In this document: positions 17,374 through 28,541 of the stretch, piece by piece
How positions within the stretch are numbered: the first letter of the stretch is position 1
Layout of the letters: each line of letters starts with the position of its first letter
Sequence record: OR062947.1
Length of the DNA stretch: 64,000 nucleotides
Direction: 5' to 3' (one strand)
DNA from: Escherichia phage 348Ecol098PP
The notes under the pieces: model-generated
Database searches by the model: none
What the model saw: the letters and a program-made list of their open reading frames with translations, nothing else
What the model was told of the DNA's origin: nothing
Translations under genes and position numbers: made by a program

Positions 17374-20300
17374 TTATGCTAAACGAACGATATAGTTAAA
17401 AGCAATGTTTTTAACTGTGTTTTCTGTATTACCTGTACTATTTACAGTGATAGTATGACCGTGCGAACCAATTGCTACCGAGTGGGTATGAGCACCAATA
17501 CCTACAGTATGTGTATGGGCACCAATACCTACAGTATGCGCGTGGTTACCTGTGGTATTTGTAGTTCCAGACCAAGAGTGCGTATGGTTACCTTCTGTCG
17601 ATGACTTTGCAATATATTGGCCTATACCAGGCACGATTTTGTCGCTCGTGGCAAAAGAAAGAACCTGGGTTCCGCTAATTGCAGTAGCTCCATTAGGATA
17701 TATTCCTGTTGGTTGATTATTAGGACCCCTTGGACCGGTCTGTGAGTGTTGGTGGTTCCCTGCTGCGCCAGTAGTACCACTAACGCTATGGTTATGGTTA
17801 CCTGTTGTGTTGCTGGTTTTAGTACCATAATCGAATGATGAGGTGGTTTTAGTACCATAATCGAATGATGAGGTGGTTTTAGTACCCAAATCTGTGCTTG
17901 ATGCACTTGCACTATGGCTATGAGACTTAATACCATCAGCTTCTGTACTTAATACAGCACGCCCGGATGGTTTACCCTTGATAGTTTGACCACGCATATC
18001 AGGCAGAGCGCCGGAAGGATACACCGCAGCTAACTTAGGATACAAGTCAGTATCAAACGTCTGGCCTTCCATGATGGCATAACCTTCAGGAGGTGTATCA
18101 GTAGGCCAAGGAATCGGAGCACCAATTGGGTAACTCGAGACAATATCCGTCTTAAGGTTATTTATTGTGGTATTCAAGTTAGCAAAATTACCAGTGCCGC
18201 CAGTGATGTTACCATCAGTACCGAATTGAGCATTACCAACTTTTAATGGTTTTGAAAAAAGAACATCGTCGGTTCTAAATGCAACCCCATGACCTAATGC
18301 ATTATTATATAAGTTAAGTTCATCTGAACTACCACTCCCATTACCAACGTACCATTTAACCGTATTAGCTTTTTTACCCTGAATATAAACAGCGTTGGTC
18401 AATGAAGCCGAGTTAATAATAAGCGCGGCGTTATTAGCGTTAATTGTGATAGCTTGCCCTGATGTTGTTCCACTAGTTTCTACTTTAAATCTTCCACCAC
18501 CGATATCAACATCATGATCCATGGAAACTTTACCAGTACTTAATGTAATATAGAACGGACGTAAATTAGAAATACCACCTGATTCACCAGCATTCTGCGG
18601 GGTTGGAATAATATAAAGCTTATCTTCAGAACGACGGAAAATAGCACCGTATTCGGCATTCCAAATTCTTAATGCATCAGCAGTTCCGCCAATTTTAACT
18701 TGTCCAGTAATAGAAGAACCACCTTGGACAAACAAACCATTAGACATGGTAACATTACCACCAAAAGAACCTGTACCAGAGGCACTTATATTTCCGAGCC
18801 CGACAATATGTCCAGTTTCTACAGTACCATTAAATTTAAAGTTAACCGGACCTACTGTTTGACCTGATGCAGGAGCAGTGCGTTGTGCATAAAAATAATA
18901 TCCATGCCCGTCAGCTAATTCAAAAACTGTTTCACGAGTACGAGCGCCAGATGCGTTAAATGAATTACCCCACGCTTTAATAGATACATAACTTTTATTC
19001 TGACCTGCACGAGTACCACCAGCCCACAGTATAGTTTTAGTACCATCTACTGCTGTAGGAGCGTCAAGTTGAATACCATCGGGTCTAGCGCCAGTAAGAA
19101 CTAATCCGTTATCAAATTTAATTCTTTGTATTGAAGATACTGTTCCGTCCGCTCTAATAGCAACGCTATTGGAACCGGTTTTAATATCTAAAATTCCTGG
19201 GTCAACAATAAGCCCTTCGGCCATACTAACGGACATACGACCTGTACCACGGAAATAGTGATACATTTTAGAATTACTGTTATAACCGATATGAGTTTGT
19301 CCATCACCGTTATTATTTCCATCAACATCAGTACGCGCAGTAAACATTGCTTGGTTGTTATTTGGGTAATCCCAAGTAGTACCAGAATTGCGGCTATAAC
19401 CGACCATCAATTTCTTAGTGCTGTTAATACCGTTATTCAAAATGGTAGCGGATGAAATACCGTTAGCCATGAAATCAATAACACCGTCGCGGACCCATTT
19501 AATACCTGTATCGTTATCACCAATGGCAATACCAATAGAAATAGCTGAATCCAAAGGATAACGTCCATTTGTACCATTATCAGGAAGACCTACTGAAATA
19601 GATTTACCTGCAGTAATACGCCCACTAGTATCAAACGCCCATTGGAAAGATTCCGGACCTATACCAGTCCACCAAGAAATTTCTTGTGGCTTTCCTGAAC
19701 GACAATCAGCTATTTCATGGAAAATACTAGAAGTATTCGAAGCCCGCATCTTACGGAGGTAGTTAAGACCATTTGTATTACGGTCAGAGCCATCTGCCGG
19801 TGGATTATAAATCCACATAGGTAAAGAAACCCAATCGTATCCAATGTTAGCATTAGCTACAAATGTTTTTGTACTAAAATTAATATTTTTAGTAACAATT
19901 TCAGGACCGGTGATAATACCATTAGCAGAGTTTATATTGCCTGAAGCAGAAATATTACCGGTACGAACTTCAATACTACCAGAATCTACGATGAAATTAC
20001 CATTTCGATTAAAAGTCCAATATTTCGAATCACCAGCTTCATTAATATAGTGAAATTTAAAACTACCTTCGTTTACTAATGTACCAGCAGAAAAAGTACC
20101 GTCTTTATAACGCTGCTTAATCAGAGGATGGTATTCTGATACTGAGGTAGCAGAGCTCAAATCCGTAAAGATAGGAGCTTTATTTAGGTGTTGATTTGCC
20201 CACGCGCCATTTCCAGCAGTTTTTGGCAAGAATTCAATATACTTTCCTGCATAAACAAACTGGTTTCCATTAAGATTATATGTACCGTTTTGTAAATAAT

Positions 20301-20499
20301 CACCATTTTGAGTTACATTACCGTTAATATCCCCGCCCTTAGCAAAGCCTAGGCTAATAATATTACCGAGGTCATCTTTAGTAAAAAGAGTTCGATCTTT
20401 TAAGTTTATCGCTAATTCGCCTTCGGCTAATTGTGCTGCAGTAGGATTAACTCCTGCCACTTTGCTTCTTTTAAATTGTATCTGTTTTAATGTAGCCAT
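17374..20499 (-). CDS. 37: long tail fibre distal subunit gp37 (receptor-binding, His-box type)
   Basis: 1041-aa ORF; C-terminal GNHxH His-box repeats ([25 protein letters not shown]); position between genes 36 and 38. Confidence 0.9.
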   Translation of the reverse strand: MATLKQIQFKRSKVAGVNPTAAQLAEGELAINLKDRTLFTKDDLGNIISLGFAKGGDINGNVTQNGDYLQNGTYNLNGNQFVYAGKYIEFLPKTAGNGAWANQHLNKAPIFTDLSSATSVSEYHPLIKQRYKDGTFSAGTLVNEGSFKFHYINEAGDSKYWTFNRNGNFIVDSGSIEVRTGNISASGNINSANGIITGPEIVTKNINFSTKTFVANANIGYDWVSLPMWIYNPPADGSDRNTNGLNYLRKMRASNTSSIFHEIADCRSGKPQEISWWTGIGPESFQWAFDTSGRITAGKSISVGLPDNGTNGRYPLDSAISIGIAIGDNDTGIKWVRDGVIDFMANGISSATILNNGINSTKKLMVGYSRNSGTTWDYPNNNQAMFTARTDVDGNNNGDGQTHIGYNSNSKMYHYFRGTGRMSVSMAEGLIVDPGILDIKTGSNSVAIRADGTVSSIQRIKFDNGLVLTGARPDGIQLDAPTAVDGTKTILWAGGTRAGQNKSYVSIKAWGNSFNASGARTRETVFELADGHGYYFYAQRTAPASGQTVGPVNFKFNGTVETGHIVGLGNISASGTGSFGGNVTMSNGLFVQGGSSITGQVKIGGTADALRIWNAEYGAIFRRSEDKLYIIPTPQNAGESGGISNLRPFYITLSTGKVSMDHDVDIGGGRFKVETSGTTSGQAITINANNAALIINSASLTNAVYIQGKKANTVKWYVGNGSGSSDELNLYNNALGHGVAFRTDDVLFSKPLKVGNAQFGTDGNITGGTGNFANLNTTINNLKTDIVSSYPIGAPIPWPTDTPPEGYAIMEGQTFDTDLYPKLAAVYPSGALPDMRGQTIKGKPSGRAVLSTEADGIKSHSHSASASSTDLGTKTTSSFDYGTKTTSSFDYGTKTSNTTGNHNHSVSGTTGAAGNHQHSQTGPRGPNNQPTGIYPNGATAISGTQVLSFATSDKIVPGIGQYIAKSSTEGNHTHSWSGTTNTTGNHAHTVGIGAHTHTVGIGAHTHSVAIGSHGHTITVNSTGNTENTVKNIAFNYIVRLA
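17487..17540. repeat. tandem 27-bp direct repeat (two copies, 3 mismatches) inside gene 37
   Basis: tatgagcaccaatacctacagtatgtg / tatgggcaccaatacctacagtatgcg; encodes the duplicated His-box segment. Confidence 0.7.
17821..17880. repeat. perfect tandem 30-bp duplication inside gene 37
   Basis: agtaccataatcgaatgatgaggtggtttt twice; encodes [10 protein letters not shown] twice. Confidence 0.85.
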
Positions 20500-20507
20500 A
20501 AGTCCTC

Positions 20508-21173
20508 TTAATAATAGCCGAAATCTTGAACAGAATCCTTAATTACGATTTGGTCGAAACGAGGAACATGATTAGCCTCAGACGCCGGATTCTGTGAGAA
20601 AAAGTTTGGTGCTGTTAAAGTACCAGTCATGGTATCGCCAGAACGCAATACACGGGAATTTGCGTTATCCGTAACAATATTTATTCGTCCATCAACATAA
20701 TCTTTTCTTGTGAGATCATTTGCTGCAACTGGAGCAGTCATATCGCTTCTTACTTGTCCTGAAGCAGATACAACGCCTTTTGTATTAATATCACCATTAC
20801 GTGTATTGATTACTACAGTTCTACCCGCTGTTCCTTGTGATGATTTAAAACCAATACCATACCATGAAACAATATCAATATTTGCTGTAACAAAAGTAGC
20901 TGCATCACCGTTACCAGGAAAAATACCGCTTTGGTTTGTATTGTTTATAGCATATGGTATTTGCACGCCACTGTTAAATGTTACCTTTGAAGCGTAAGTA
21001 CCACCATTAGCTTTAGAAACGAAATCATTATCAGCAGCTTGCGGTTTATTATATTCTGAATAGAGTTTAAACGTTTTATACAGGACGTCATCACCTGCTG
21101 GCATTAAAGGGAAATTACCTTGATGCCATATAACAGCACCGCCAGTTGTACTACCAGCTTTTAAATCGGCCAT
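20508..21173 (-). CDS. 36: long tail fibre distal connector gp36
   Basis: 221-aa ORF between genes 35 and 37; size matches T4 gp36. Confidence 0.85.
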   Translation of the reverse strand: MADLKAGSTTGGAVIWHQGNFPLMPAGDDVLYKTFKLYSEYNKPQAADNDFVSKANGGTYASKVTFNSGVQIPYAINNTNQSGIFPGNGDAATFVTANIDIVSWYGIGFKSSQGTAGRTVVINTRNGDINTKGVVSASGQVRSDMTAPVAANDLTRKDYVDGRINIVTDNANSRVLRSGDTMTGTLTAPNFFSQNPASEANHVPRFDQIVIKDSVQDFGYY

Positions 21174-21197
21174 AGTTGTCTCCTTATATGTATACCA

Positions 21198-21205
21198 TAT
21201 TTATA
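21198..21205 (-). promoter_or_regulatory. late promoter TATAAATA for gene 36
   Basis: Plus-strand tatttata at 21198-21205 is TATAAATA on the minus strand, about 25 nt before the gene 36 start. Confidence 0.6.
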
Positions 21206-21212
21206 CAAAAAT

Positions 21213-21230
21213 GGGAGACCGAAGTCTCCC
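21213..21230 (-). terminator. terminator hairpin after gene 35
   Basis: Minus-strand gggagacTTCGgtctccc followed by attttt. Confidence 0.5.
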
Positions 21231-21235
21231 TAAAT

Positions 21236-22363
21236 TTATTCTGATGCTTCTTTAAATTCTTGTCCAAATACCTTACCAGTATCAGTTGAAGATTGAGTAG
21301 GTAATGTCATTATGTCTGGGGCACTTAAAGACTCTGAAACATAATTTACACGAATACCATTTATACCAAACTCGGCAGGTTTTGAAACGCTTCCATTACA
21401 TGATACTTCAGTGAATATAACGTTTCTTAATCCACCTTGCCCGACTGGAGCTGTACGATAACAATAAATCGTGAACCCGTCGGCATCAGCAGGAATTTCT
21501 ATGTAGTCTTCATATATCTTCCATTCACCTGCAGTCCCATCAAAGTTTATATCCTTAAATGAAATAGGTGAAGTAGAAGGAGATTTAAAGAAACGAATAG
21601 AAAGTCGTGTCGTCCCTTGTGCTAACAAATCGGCATTGGCCATTAGTTGGAATTTCATATAAAGGAAATCTCCAGGCTTCAATTTATACCCAGCGAGAGG
21701 TGTAATAATGGATGTTGTAGGCATCCTTTTAATTTCATTATTAGTACCTCCAATGGCAGATAAAAATGTGTCTGACGATTCATACGTACGACTAGGGAAG
21801 CCGGTAGCACCAATATCATCGATCGTGTCGTACACAACATCAAGTGGTGTACTATAGTCGGTTGAAGTTTTCTTATTACTATACTTAATATGTTCTAGTG
21901 CTATAGCATTCTTACCAGAAATATAAAATGCCGAATAAGAAATGTCCACTATATTTAAAACTTGTTGAGCTAATGGAATAGCAGAACTCCCAGCTTTAGT
22001 AAACCATGCGAGAACTTCAGGAGGAAAGTTTGTTTTAGCGTTAGTAACAAGAGCAAATATAAAATTTGAAGCATATGTGTCCATGAAAGTAACAAATGCA
22101 CTTGACGTGGCGTCGTTTTCAGTAGAGAAATTATATGACTTAGATTCAACTACTGCACCTGTTGTAGGATTTATTACACGAACGTTTAATCCAACGGAAA
22201 AAACCTGGGACCCAAGTGGATTATCTTGGAACTTAATATAAGTAGGAGATGTTGATAGCGGACAAGATCCCGCTATACTTAATTTAAATCGTACTGAATT
22301 GCTTTCCGATAAAAATGGCGTTTGGACGTATCCTTGTCCAAACTTAGCCATAAATTTTTCCAT
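21236..22363 (-). CDS. 35: long tail fibre hinge connector gp35
   Basis: 375-aa ORF between genes 34 and 36; size matches T4 gp35 (372 aa). Confidence 0.85.
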   Translation of the reverse strand: MEKFMAKFGQGYVQTPFLSESNSVRFKLSIAGSCPLSTSPTYIKFQDNPLGSQVFSVGLNVRVINPTTGAVVESKSYNFSTENDATSSAFVTFMDTYASNFIFALVTNAKTNFPPEVLAWFTKAGSSAIPLAQQVLNIVDISYSAFYISGKNAIALEHIKYSNKKTSTDYSTPLDVVYDTIDDIGATGFPSRTYESSDTFLSAIGGTNNEIKRMPTTSIITPLAGYKLKPGDFLYMKFQLMANADLLAQGTTRLSIRFFKSPSTSPISFKDINFDGTAGEWKIYEDYIEIPADADGFTIYCYRTAPVGQGGLRNVIFTEVSCNGSVSKPAEFGINGIRVNYVSESLSAPDIMTLPTQSSTDTGKVFGQEFKEASE

Positions 22364-22371
22364 AATACCTC

Positions 22372-25300
22372 TTATTCAATCCACTCGAATTTAACAGATT
22401 TATTCACAGGGTCTGGAATAATGCGGACATTACCAATCCTTAAGAAATCCCTTATTGTCAAGTTTCCGATTGTTGCATTATCAGAAGGTAAAGCACCAAT
22501 ATCAGAAGGTTGAGGAGGGTTTCCACCATCAAATACCTGAACAAAACTTGACCAAGAATTTTTAGTTTTCTGCCATGTACGTGTCCAACGGGTTGTACGT
22601 GCTTCTGGAGTTGTTGGATAAGTAATCCAATCTTGGTAAAGTGAATCAAGTGTATTACCAAACTGAGTCAATGTACCAGGAGATTTAACTTCTTCGCCAC
22701 GTTCTAAGTATGGAAGCCCGGTCACTTCATTAGTTTTTTCAACCATTTTAAAATAACCTGGGAACTGGTTATAAGTAGCTGAATCGTTAATATCGATTGA
22801 CCAGAATCCTACAGTATCAGATGTTGGCGCACGAGTATATAAATCAGATGTTTTAATACCCTGAGAACGAATTCTCGAGTTAACTGTTAAACCACCTGAA
22901 TTTATAGTAGCACCTTTGGCAATGATTAAGCCTTCAGCAATCGTTACTTGGCCAGATACATTATTAATAGCTAAAGGACGTAATCCACTAAATCCACCAG
23001 TCTGGCCTCCTGGATGGGTTAGCAAAAAATAGGTATTAGTGCCATCATTGCGAATAAGGAATCCGTAATCACCACTAATTGCTCTGAAAGCATTTGCAGA
23101 CTTGCTAATGAATTCACCATTGGCTGTAACTGAACTACCAAATGTTGCAACGCCATTCGCATTTAAAGAACCTGAAGCGTTAACATTTATCGGCATCACA
23201 GTACCGTTAACGCTAAACGTTATATTCCCAGCTTTATTACGTTGAGAATAAAAGTGATTAGACGTTTCATCGCCAACTTCAAATATCGTAGAACGACTTG
23301 TATCAGAACCACCAGCGAATTGGTTACCCCATACTCTGATATTCATAGTTTGAAACGGGTTATTTCCAGTTTGTGGTCCTTTTTCAAATATCAAACGAGT
23401 TGAAGCACCTGTATTACGAATAGTAAATGTGCTATTAGCAGCTAAAGAACCACCAAATTCACCAGTACTAGATGATACAAGAGGGGCACTCAGATTCGTT
23501 TGTTGGGTTAAGGTTAGTGAACCATTAACTGTCTGGGCGATGTCCCTACGAATGAACTGAGATGAATCTAGACCATCCAATAAATTACTATCTACAGCTT
23601 TTGCTTTTAATGGCAGATAATTTGCTAATACACGGTTTAATTCATATGGTGATACTGCATAGCTATTTTTCTCATATGATTCTAATGGCTGTGTTGAACC
23701 TACCGTATCATTACCAATGAACGTAATTGAACCAGATGAAGTTTTAACAAAACCTCTTATCGCAGTAGTAGCAGCCCATGTTGGTTCGTTCTGGACAATC
23801 CATTTTAAATTCTTAGGAGATACAGCAGTATTAGCAGAAGTTCCTGTTATAGTTTCAGCCTGAGTAGCAACCTTAATTACGCCTTCAGACGTTTCAGTGG
23901 ACTTAGTCCCTAAAAGCTTTTTAGGAGTAATAAGAACATCATCTAAAGTTCCTGCATTAGATTCTGCCTGGGTCGCTACGCGAAGTGTACCACGTTGTGT
24001 TTCATTTGCTTTAGAAATATCAAGAGTATAATGGTTCCACAAGGTTCCTTCTTCAATAAGTCCGGAATCAGAATTAACACTGGTACGGTCAGAAGAATCA
24101 AAATGAGTTTTAATTTTCAGTGGAGTCGAGATACGAGTATCATCAGTTCCAGTATCAAATTCAACTTGCGTAGCAAGTTCGGCTATGCCGGATAATCCTT
24201 CCGTAGCTTTCCTATCATTTAACGTCTTAGGCGTTACTGCACGTGTATAATCAGTCCCAGCATTAGTTTCTGCTTGCGTAGCAATTTCAATTAAACCAAT
24301 ACGTCCATCAGTAGAAGTTTTCTTATGTAGTGTTTCAGGAGTTACTACAGCGTGAGAATAACCTGCTTGTGATTGGCCAGCAATTACTTCACTATCGACA
24401 GCTAAAATTACTGCACCTTGTTGAGCATAAGTTGCTTTATATTGGTCAAGGGCTTTAGGAGAAATAGTTAAATTATTTACGGTTTTATTATAAACGTTAG
24501 TGCCTGCAGCCCCACGAGTTTCAGCAGGAGTGGCAGAAGTAGTTGATACATATTTAACTATACCCGATAGTGTTTCGGAACCCTGACGTGCCTGTAATTT
24601 CTTAGGTGTAATAATCGTTGTGTCATCAAGACCAGCATCGGTTTCAGCCTGAGTAGCAATTTCAGCAAGACCGCGACGAGTTTCAGTTGCTGTACGCTCA
24701 TTTAGTTTTTTAGGCGTAACAATAGTATCGTCCACAAATGCTGCTGTGGAATTCTGGTTAACTTGTGCTGTTGTAGCAATTTTAGCGATACCACGTCGAG
24801 CTTCAGTTGCTGTACGATTTGCCAACGTTTCAGGAGTAATAGCCACTTCTTTAGCTGGAGTATTCTCTAAATCAACATTTGCTTGCGCTTGAGTAGCAAG
24901 AGCAATAACACCTAAACGAGCTCGTGTAGCATCAGTTCCAGCATCAACACGTTCTACCGTAGGGACATTCTGTTGCACAACCCAATAACGTGTACCAGCA
25001 ACGGTGTCTTCGATATACGCTAATTCTAATACAGGAACATATGAAGTAGTGCCATTGAATTCTAGTTCAGTAACAGAGACCCATTGAGCATCAGGTGGAT
25101 ATTCAGAACGTTTAGGGAACTGAAGCAATGCAACAGAAGAAGCAATTGTATCACCTTCGGCAGCTTTAATTTTTACTGTTTGGCCTTTACGCATGTAGTT
25201 CATTGAAATTTTAACAGTGTCACCACTCAAAATTCCGGAAGGCAGCGTAAGATTAATAGTTCCGGCTGTAGCGTTATTTGTGCCAAAAATAAGAACTTCT

Positions 25301-26247
25301 TCATTTGGACGAATATTTGAATCCGCACGGATAATACGAAGACGCGATTTCTGGTCGCCTTCCCATATACGCCATAAACTATTTGCAGCATCAAAAACAA
25401 AAAACGCGTCAGAGTCATTTCTGCCTTCGGCAATATGAGTCCCGACTTCACCAATAGACGTTGTATCATCAAATGTTTTAACAATTGTATGATACAGTGG
25501 GTTTAATTTATCTAAATCAACTAGGTGGATTATATCACCATTGTTAGCATTACGTGGAAGTGTAATGTTGATTGGCGCTGCACTAGTAAAACGACGAACG
25601 ATAAAATCATTTGCTTGTGCTTGATATGGTGCCGCAGGTGTAACAGTGATTGATTCTTTACCATAATCTATAATATACATCTGCCACAAACGATTACTAA
25701 ACACAAACAATAGTTGTGAACGCGGACGCGTCATTAAAACTGTACGAACCTGTTCACCTCTAAAGTTTAAAATACTCTGCACAGACGCGTTAATCTGTAC
25801 TTTAACTGTCCCGGTTCTTCCACCAATATCAGCCAAAACAATAGTGTCACCATCAACCGGCGCATTTGGCAACGTGAAAACCATATCATTGCCGGCACCA
25901 GTGTTAACCGAAATAGATTCACCTGAAGAAAGTTGATAAGTCCCAGAAGCGACAGTTATCCATTGTGCATCAGTACGAACTGCACGCCATTGTAAAAGGT
26001 TAAATGCCCCGGAAGGAGACACGATATCATTTATTGCTTGATATAAACGGTTGTCATAAAGAACAACAAATCCTTTGTTATATCCACGCGTAGAATCATA
26101 TACTTGAACGGTGTTTTCTTGTACCAGGAAGTCAACGTTTACGCCATCAGTACCTACTGTACGGTCGGCTAATGCTACGTTAACAATCTTGTCGCCACCG
26201 GCGTCCAGACCGTCTTCGGCTCTGAACTTACGTTTGATGTCGGCCAT
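22372..26247 (-). CDS. 34: long tail fibre proximal subunit gp34
   Basis: 1291-aa ORF (T4 gp34 is 1289 aa); repeated ...IATQAE.NAGTDDT...TPKKL segments. Confidence 0.9.
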   Translation of the reverse strand: MADIKRKFRAEDGLDAGGDKIVNVALADRTVGTDGVNVDFLVQENTVQVYDSTRGYNKGFVVLYDNRLYQAINDIVSPSGAFNLLQWRAVRTDAQWITVASGTYQLSSGESISVNTGAGNDMVFTLPNAPVDGDTIVLADIGGRTGTVKVQINASVQSILNFRGEQVRTVLMTRPRSQLLFVFSNRLWQMYIIDYGKESITVTPAAPYQAQANDFIVRRFTSAAPINITLPRNANNGDIIHLVDLDKLNPLYHTIVKTFDDTTSIGEVGTHIAEGRNDSDAFFVFDAANSLWRIWEGDQKSRLRIIRADSNIRPNEEVLIFGTNNATAGTINLTLPSGILSGDTVKISMNYMRKGQTVKIKAAEGDTIASSVALLQFPKRSEYPPDAQWVSVTELEFNGTTSYVPVLELAYIEDTVAGTRYWVVQQNVPTVERVDAGTDATRARLGVIALATQAQANVDLENTPAKEVAITPETLANRTATEARRGIAKIATTAQVNQNSTAAFVDDTIVTPKKLNERTATETRRGLAEIATQAETDAGLDDTTIITPKKLQARQGSETLSGIVKYVSTTSATPAETRGAAGTNVYNKTVNNLTISPKALDQYKATYAQQGAVILAVDSEVIAGQSQAGYSHAVVTPETLHKKTSTDGRIGLIEIATQAETNAGTDYTRAVTPKTLNDRKATEGLSGIAELATQVEFDTGTDDTRISTPLKIKTHFDSSDRTSVNSDSGLIEEGTLWNHYTLDISKANETQRGTLRVATQAESNAGTLDDVLITPKKLLGTKSTETSEGVIKVATQAETITGTSANTAVSPKNLKWIVQNEPTWAATTAIRGFVKTSSGSITFIGNDTVGSTQPLESYEKNSYAVSPYELNRVLANYLPLKAKAVDSNLLDGLDSSQFIRRDIAQTVNGSLTLTQQTNLSAPLVSSSTGEFGGSLAANSTFTIRNTGASTRLIFEKGPQTGNNPFQTMNIRVWGNQFAGGSDTSRSTIFEVGDETSNHFYSQRNKAGNITFSVNGTVMPINVNASGSLNANGVATFGSSVTANGEFISKSANAFRAISGDYGFLIRNDGTNTYFLLTHPGGQTGGFSGLRPLAINNVSGQVTIAEGLIIAKGATINSGGLTVNSRIRSQGIKTSDLYTRAPTSDTVGFWSIDINDSATYNQFPGYFKMVEKTNEVTGLPYLERGEEVKSPGTLTQFGNTLDSLYQDWITYPTTPEARTTRWTRTWQKTKNSWSSFVQVFDGGNPPQPSDIGALPSDNATIGNLTIRDFLRIGNVRIIPDPVNKSVKFEWIE

Positions 26248-26277
26248 TCGTTTTTCCTTTATTGTTTCAATAATACT

Positions 26278-26285
26278 TATTTATA
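26278..26285 (-). promoter_or_regulatory. late promoter TATAAATA for gene 34
   Basis: Reverse complement of plus-strand tatttata, about 30 nt before the gene 34 start. Confidence 0.6.
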
Positions 26286-26288
26286 CCA

Positions 26289-26318
26289 GTTTACGCTTTC
26301 AAATGAGTGTGTTACTAT
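26289..26318 (+). promoter_or_regulatory. T4-type early promoter (rnh)
   Basis: GTTTAC at 26289-26294, gtgttactatag -10 region; divergent from the gene 34 late promoter. Confidence 0.5.
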
Positions 26319-26350
26319 AGTCAAGTTGACTAACTGAACAAGAGGTTCAT

Positions 26351-27268
26351 ATGGATTTAGAAATGATGTTGGATGAAGATTACAAAGAAGGTATTGCACT
26401 TGCTGACTTTAGTAACATTGCATTAGCAGCCGCGTTAAACAACTTTGAAGACGGTGATAAAATTACTGTTCCAATGGTTCGACATGTAATCTTGAATTCA
26501 ATTCGTAAAAACGTAGTGATGTTCCGTAAGCAAGGCTATACAAAATTTGTATTGTGTATGGATAATGCTACTTCAGGTTATTGGCGTCGTGACTTTGCTT
26601 ACTATTACAAGAAAAATCGTAAAACCGATCGTGAAGCTTCAAAGTGGGATTGGGAAGGATATTTTACTGCACTCCATCAAGTTGTTGATGAGATTAAGAA
26701 ATACATGCCATACGTTGTAATGGATATTGACAAGTATGAAGCGGATGACCATATTGGTGTATTAACTAAATATTTGTCATTAGCTGGTCATAAGGTATGT
26801 ATTGTTGCATCAGATGGTGACTTTACACAATTACACAAATATCCTAACGTTAAACAGTGGTCGCCACCACAGAAAAAATGGGTTAAAATTAAGAACGGTT
26901 CTGCTGAAATTGATTGCATGACTAAAATTCTTAAAGGTGACCGTAAGGATGGTGTCGCATCGGTTCGAGTTCGTGGCGACTTCTGGTTTACCAGAGTTGA
27001 AGGTGAACGAACTCCAAGCATGAAAACATCAATTATTGAAGCAATTGCTAACGACCGTTCTCAAGCTGAAGTATTATTAAGTGCAGAAGAATATAAACGG
27101 TATCAAGAAAATTTGGTTCTCATTGATTTTGATTATATCCCTGATAATATTGCTTCAACCATTATAGAGTATTATAACTCATATAAACCACAACCTAAAG
27201 GCAAGATTTATTCATACTTTGTAAAATCTGGTCTTTCTAAATTAACAAGTGTAATTAATGAATTCTGA
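26351..27268 (+). CDS. rnh: RNase H (5'-3' exonuclease, FEN family)
   Basis: 305-aa ORF, same length as T4 RNase H; FEN-like acidic motifs; position after the tail-fibre module. Confidence 0.85.
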   Translation: MDLEMMLDEDYKEGIALADFSNIALAAALNNFEDGDKITVPMVRHVILNSIRKNVVMFRKQGYTKFVLCMDNATSGYWRRDFAYYYKKNRKTDREASKWDWEGYFTALHQVVDEIKKYMPYVVMDIDKYEADDHIGVLTKYLSLAGHKVCIVASDGDFTQLHKYPNVKQWSPPQKKWVKIKNGSAEIDCMTKILKGDRKDGVASVRVRGDFWFTRVEGERTPSMKTSIIEAIANDRSQAEVLLSAEEYKRYQENLVLIDFDYIPDNIASTIIEYYNSYKPQPKGKIYSYFVKSGLSKLTSVINEF

Positions 27269-27275
27269 GGTAAAC

Positions 27276-27545
27276 ATGGCTAAGAAAGAAGCAGTTGAAT
27301 TTAATCAAGATGTGCATGGTGAAGAACTGGCTAAACTAGTCAAGGAAGCTTCCGATAACAAACTTAAAATTTCTGGTTATAATGAACTGATTAAAGACAT
27401 TCGTACTCGTGCTAAAGAAGAGCTTGGTGTCGATGGAAAAATGTTTAATCGTTTGTTAGCTCTTTATCATAAAGACGCTCGTGACCAATTTGAAGCTGAA
27501 AATGAAGAGGTAGTCGAGCTTTATGACACAGTTTTCACTAAGTGA
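27276..27545 (+). CDS. dsbA: double-stranded DNA binding protein DsbA
   Basis: 89 aa from the ATG at 27276 (gagg RBS), matching T4 DsbA length; the track ORF starts earlier. Confidence 0.7.
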   Translation: MAKKEAVEFNQDVHGEELAKLVKEASDNKLKISGYNELIKDIRTRAKEELGVDGKMFNRLLALYHKDARDQFEAENEEVVELYDTVFTK

Positions 27546-27861
27546 TATTAAACCGGTTGATGAGGCCGGTTTATCTGAACAAGAATTAGCAGTAAAACAC
27601 GATAAAGATGATATCGCTAAATTGCTTGACCGACAAGAAAACGGATTCATTATAGAATCCATGGTTGAACAATTTGGTATGTCTTATTTAGAAGCAACAA
27701 CTGCGTTCTTGGAAGAAAATTCTATTCCAGAAACACAATTTGCTAAATTTATTCCTACAGGAATTGTTGAAAAAATTACAAGCGAAGCAATTGACGAAAA
27801 CATGCTTCGCCCGTCAGTTGCTCGTGGTGAAAAAACTAATACGTTAGATTTCTTATTATGA
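27523..27861 (+). CDS. 33: late transcription co-activator gp33
   Basis: 112-aa ORF; LLDRQENGFIIE.MVE.FGMSYLEATTAFLEENSIPETQFAKFIP matches recalled T4 gp33. Confidence 0.85.
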   Translation: MTQFSLSDIKPVDEAGLSEQELAVKHDKDDIAKLLDRQENGFIIESMVEQFGMSYLEATTAFLEENSIPETQFAKFIPTGIVEKITSEAIDENMLRPSVARGEKTNTLDFLL

Positions 27862-28541
27862 AATACGTTGTGTATAAAACTACCAATAAAATAAATGGTA
27901 AAATTTATATAGGCGTACACAAAAAACATAAAGAGAAAGATTGGTATATTGGATCAGGCCGCGCTATATTAGCGGCCAAAGCTAAATATGGACTAAAAAA
28001 TTTTTATACCGAAATTCTTTATGAATATGATAATGACAAGGACGCCTATAAAAAAGAAGCAGAATTGGTTAATGAAGATTTTGTTTTGCGAACTGATACT
28101 TATAACTTAGTTCCCGGTGGTAAAGGTGGCCCTGGTAAAAAACAAAGTGATGAAGCTAAAAGGGCTATTTCACTTTCTAAATTAGGTAAACCTAGATCTG
28201 AAGAGACTAAGGCTAAAGTATCTAAAACCAGATTAGAAAGAAAAATACCATCCCCTAATAAGGGTAAGAAACTATCTGAAGCTCATAAATTAGCTTTGAG
28301 TAAAGTCCGAAAAGGGCGAAAAACGAATAAGCCGATGCCTGATTCAACCAAAGAAGCTCTTAGAATAGCAAATTCAAAGCCGCATTCTAAAGAAAGAACT
28401 ATTAAAAAACAAAAACCTATAATTATTGATGGTATAAAATACTCATCATGCACAGAAGTTTCGGATGTTTTTAATATTTCTGCATCTCTAGTTACGTATA
28501 GACTTAAATCTTCAAAATGGCCTGGATGGAACTATGATTAA
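27858..28541 (+). CDS. free-standing GIY-YIG homing endonuclease (Seg-like)
   Basis: 227-aa ORF; N-terminal VYKTTNKINGKIYIGVH (GIY-YIG class), NUMOD3-like repeats (GKK.SEAHK), C-terminus IIIDGIKYSSCTEVSDVFNISASLVTYRLKS resembles the I-TevI DNA-binding tail. Confidence 0.75.
   Translation: MKYVVYKTTNKINGKIYIGVHKKHKEKDWYIGSGRAILAAKAKYGLKNFYTEILYEYDNDKDAYKKEAELVNEDFVLRTDTYNLVPGGKGGPGKKQSDEAKRAISLSKLGKPRSEETKAKVSKTRLERKIPSPNKGKKLSEAHKLALSKVRKGRKTNKPMPDSTKEALRIANSKPHSKERTIKKQKPIIIDGIKYSSCTEVSDVFNISASLVTYRLKSSKWPGWNYD

Noticed and set aside
17821-17880. Possible CRISPR-like repeat
   Set aside because: Only two adjacent copies with no spacers, in frame within gene 37; this is a coding tandem duplication, not a CRISPR array.
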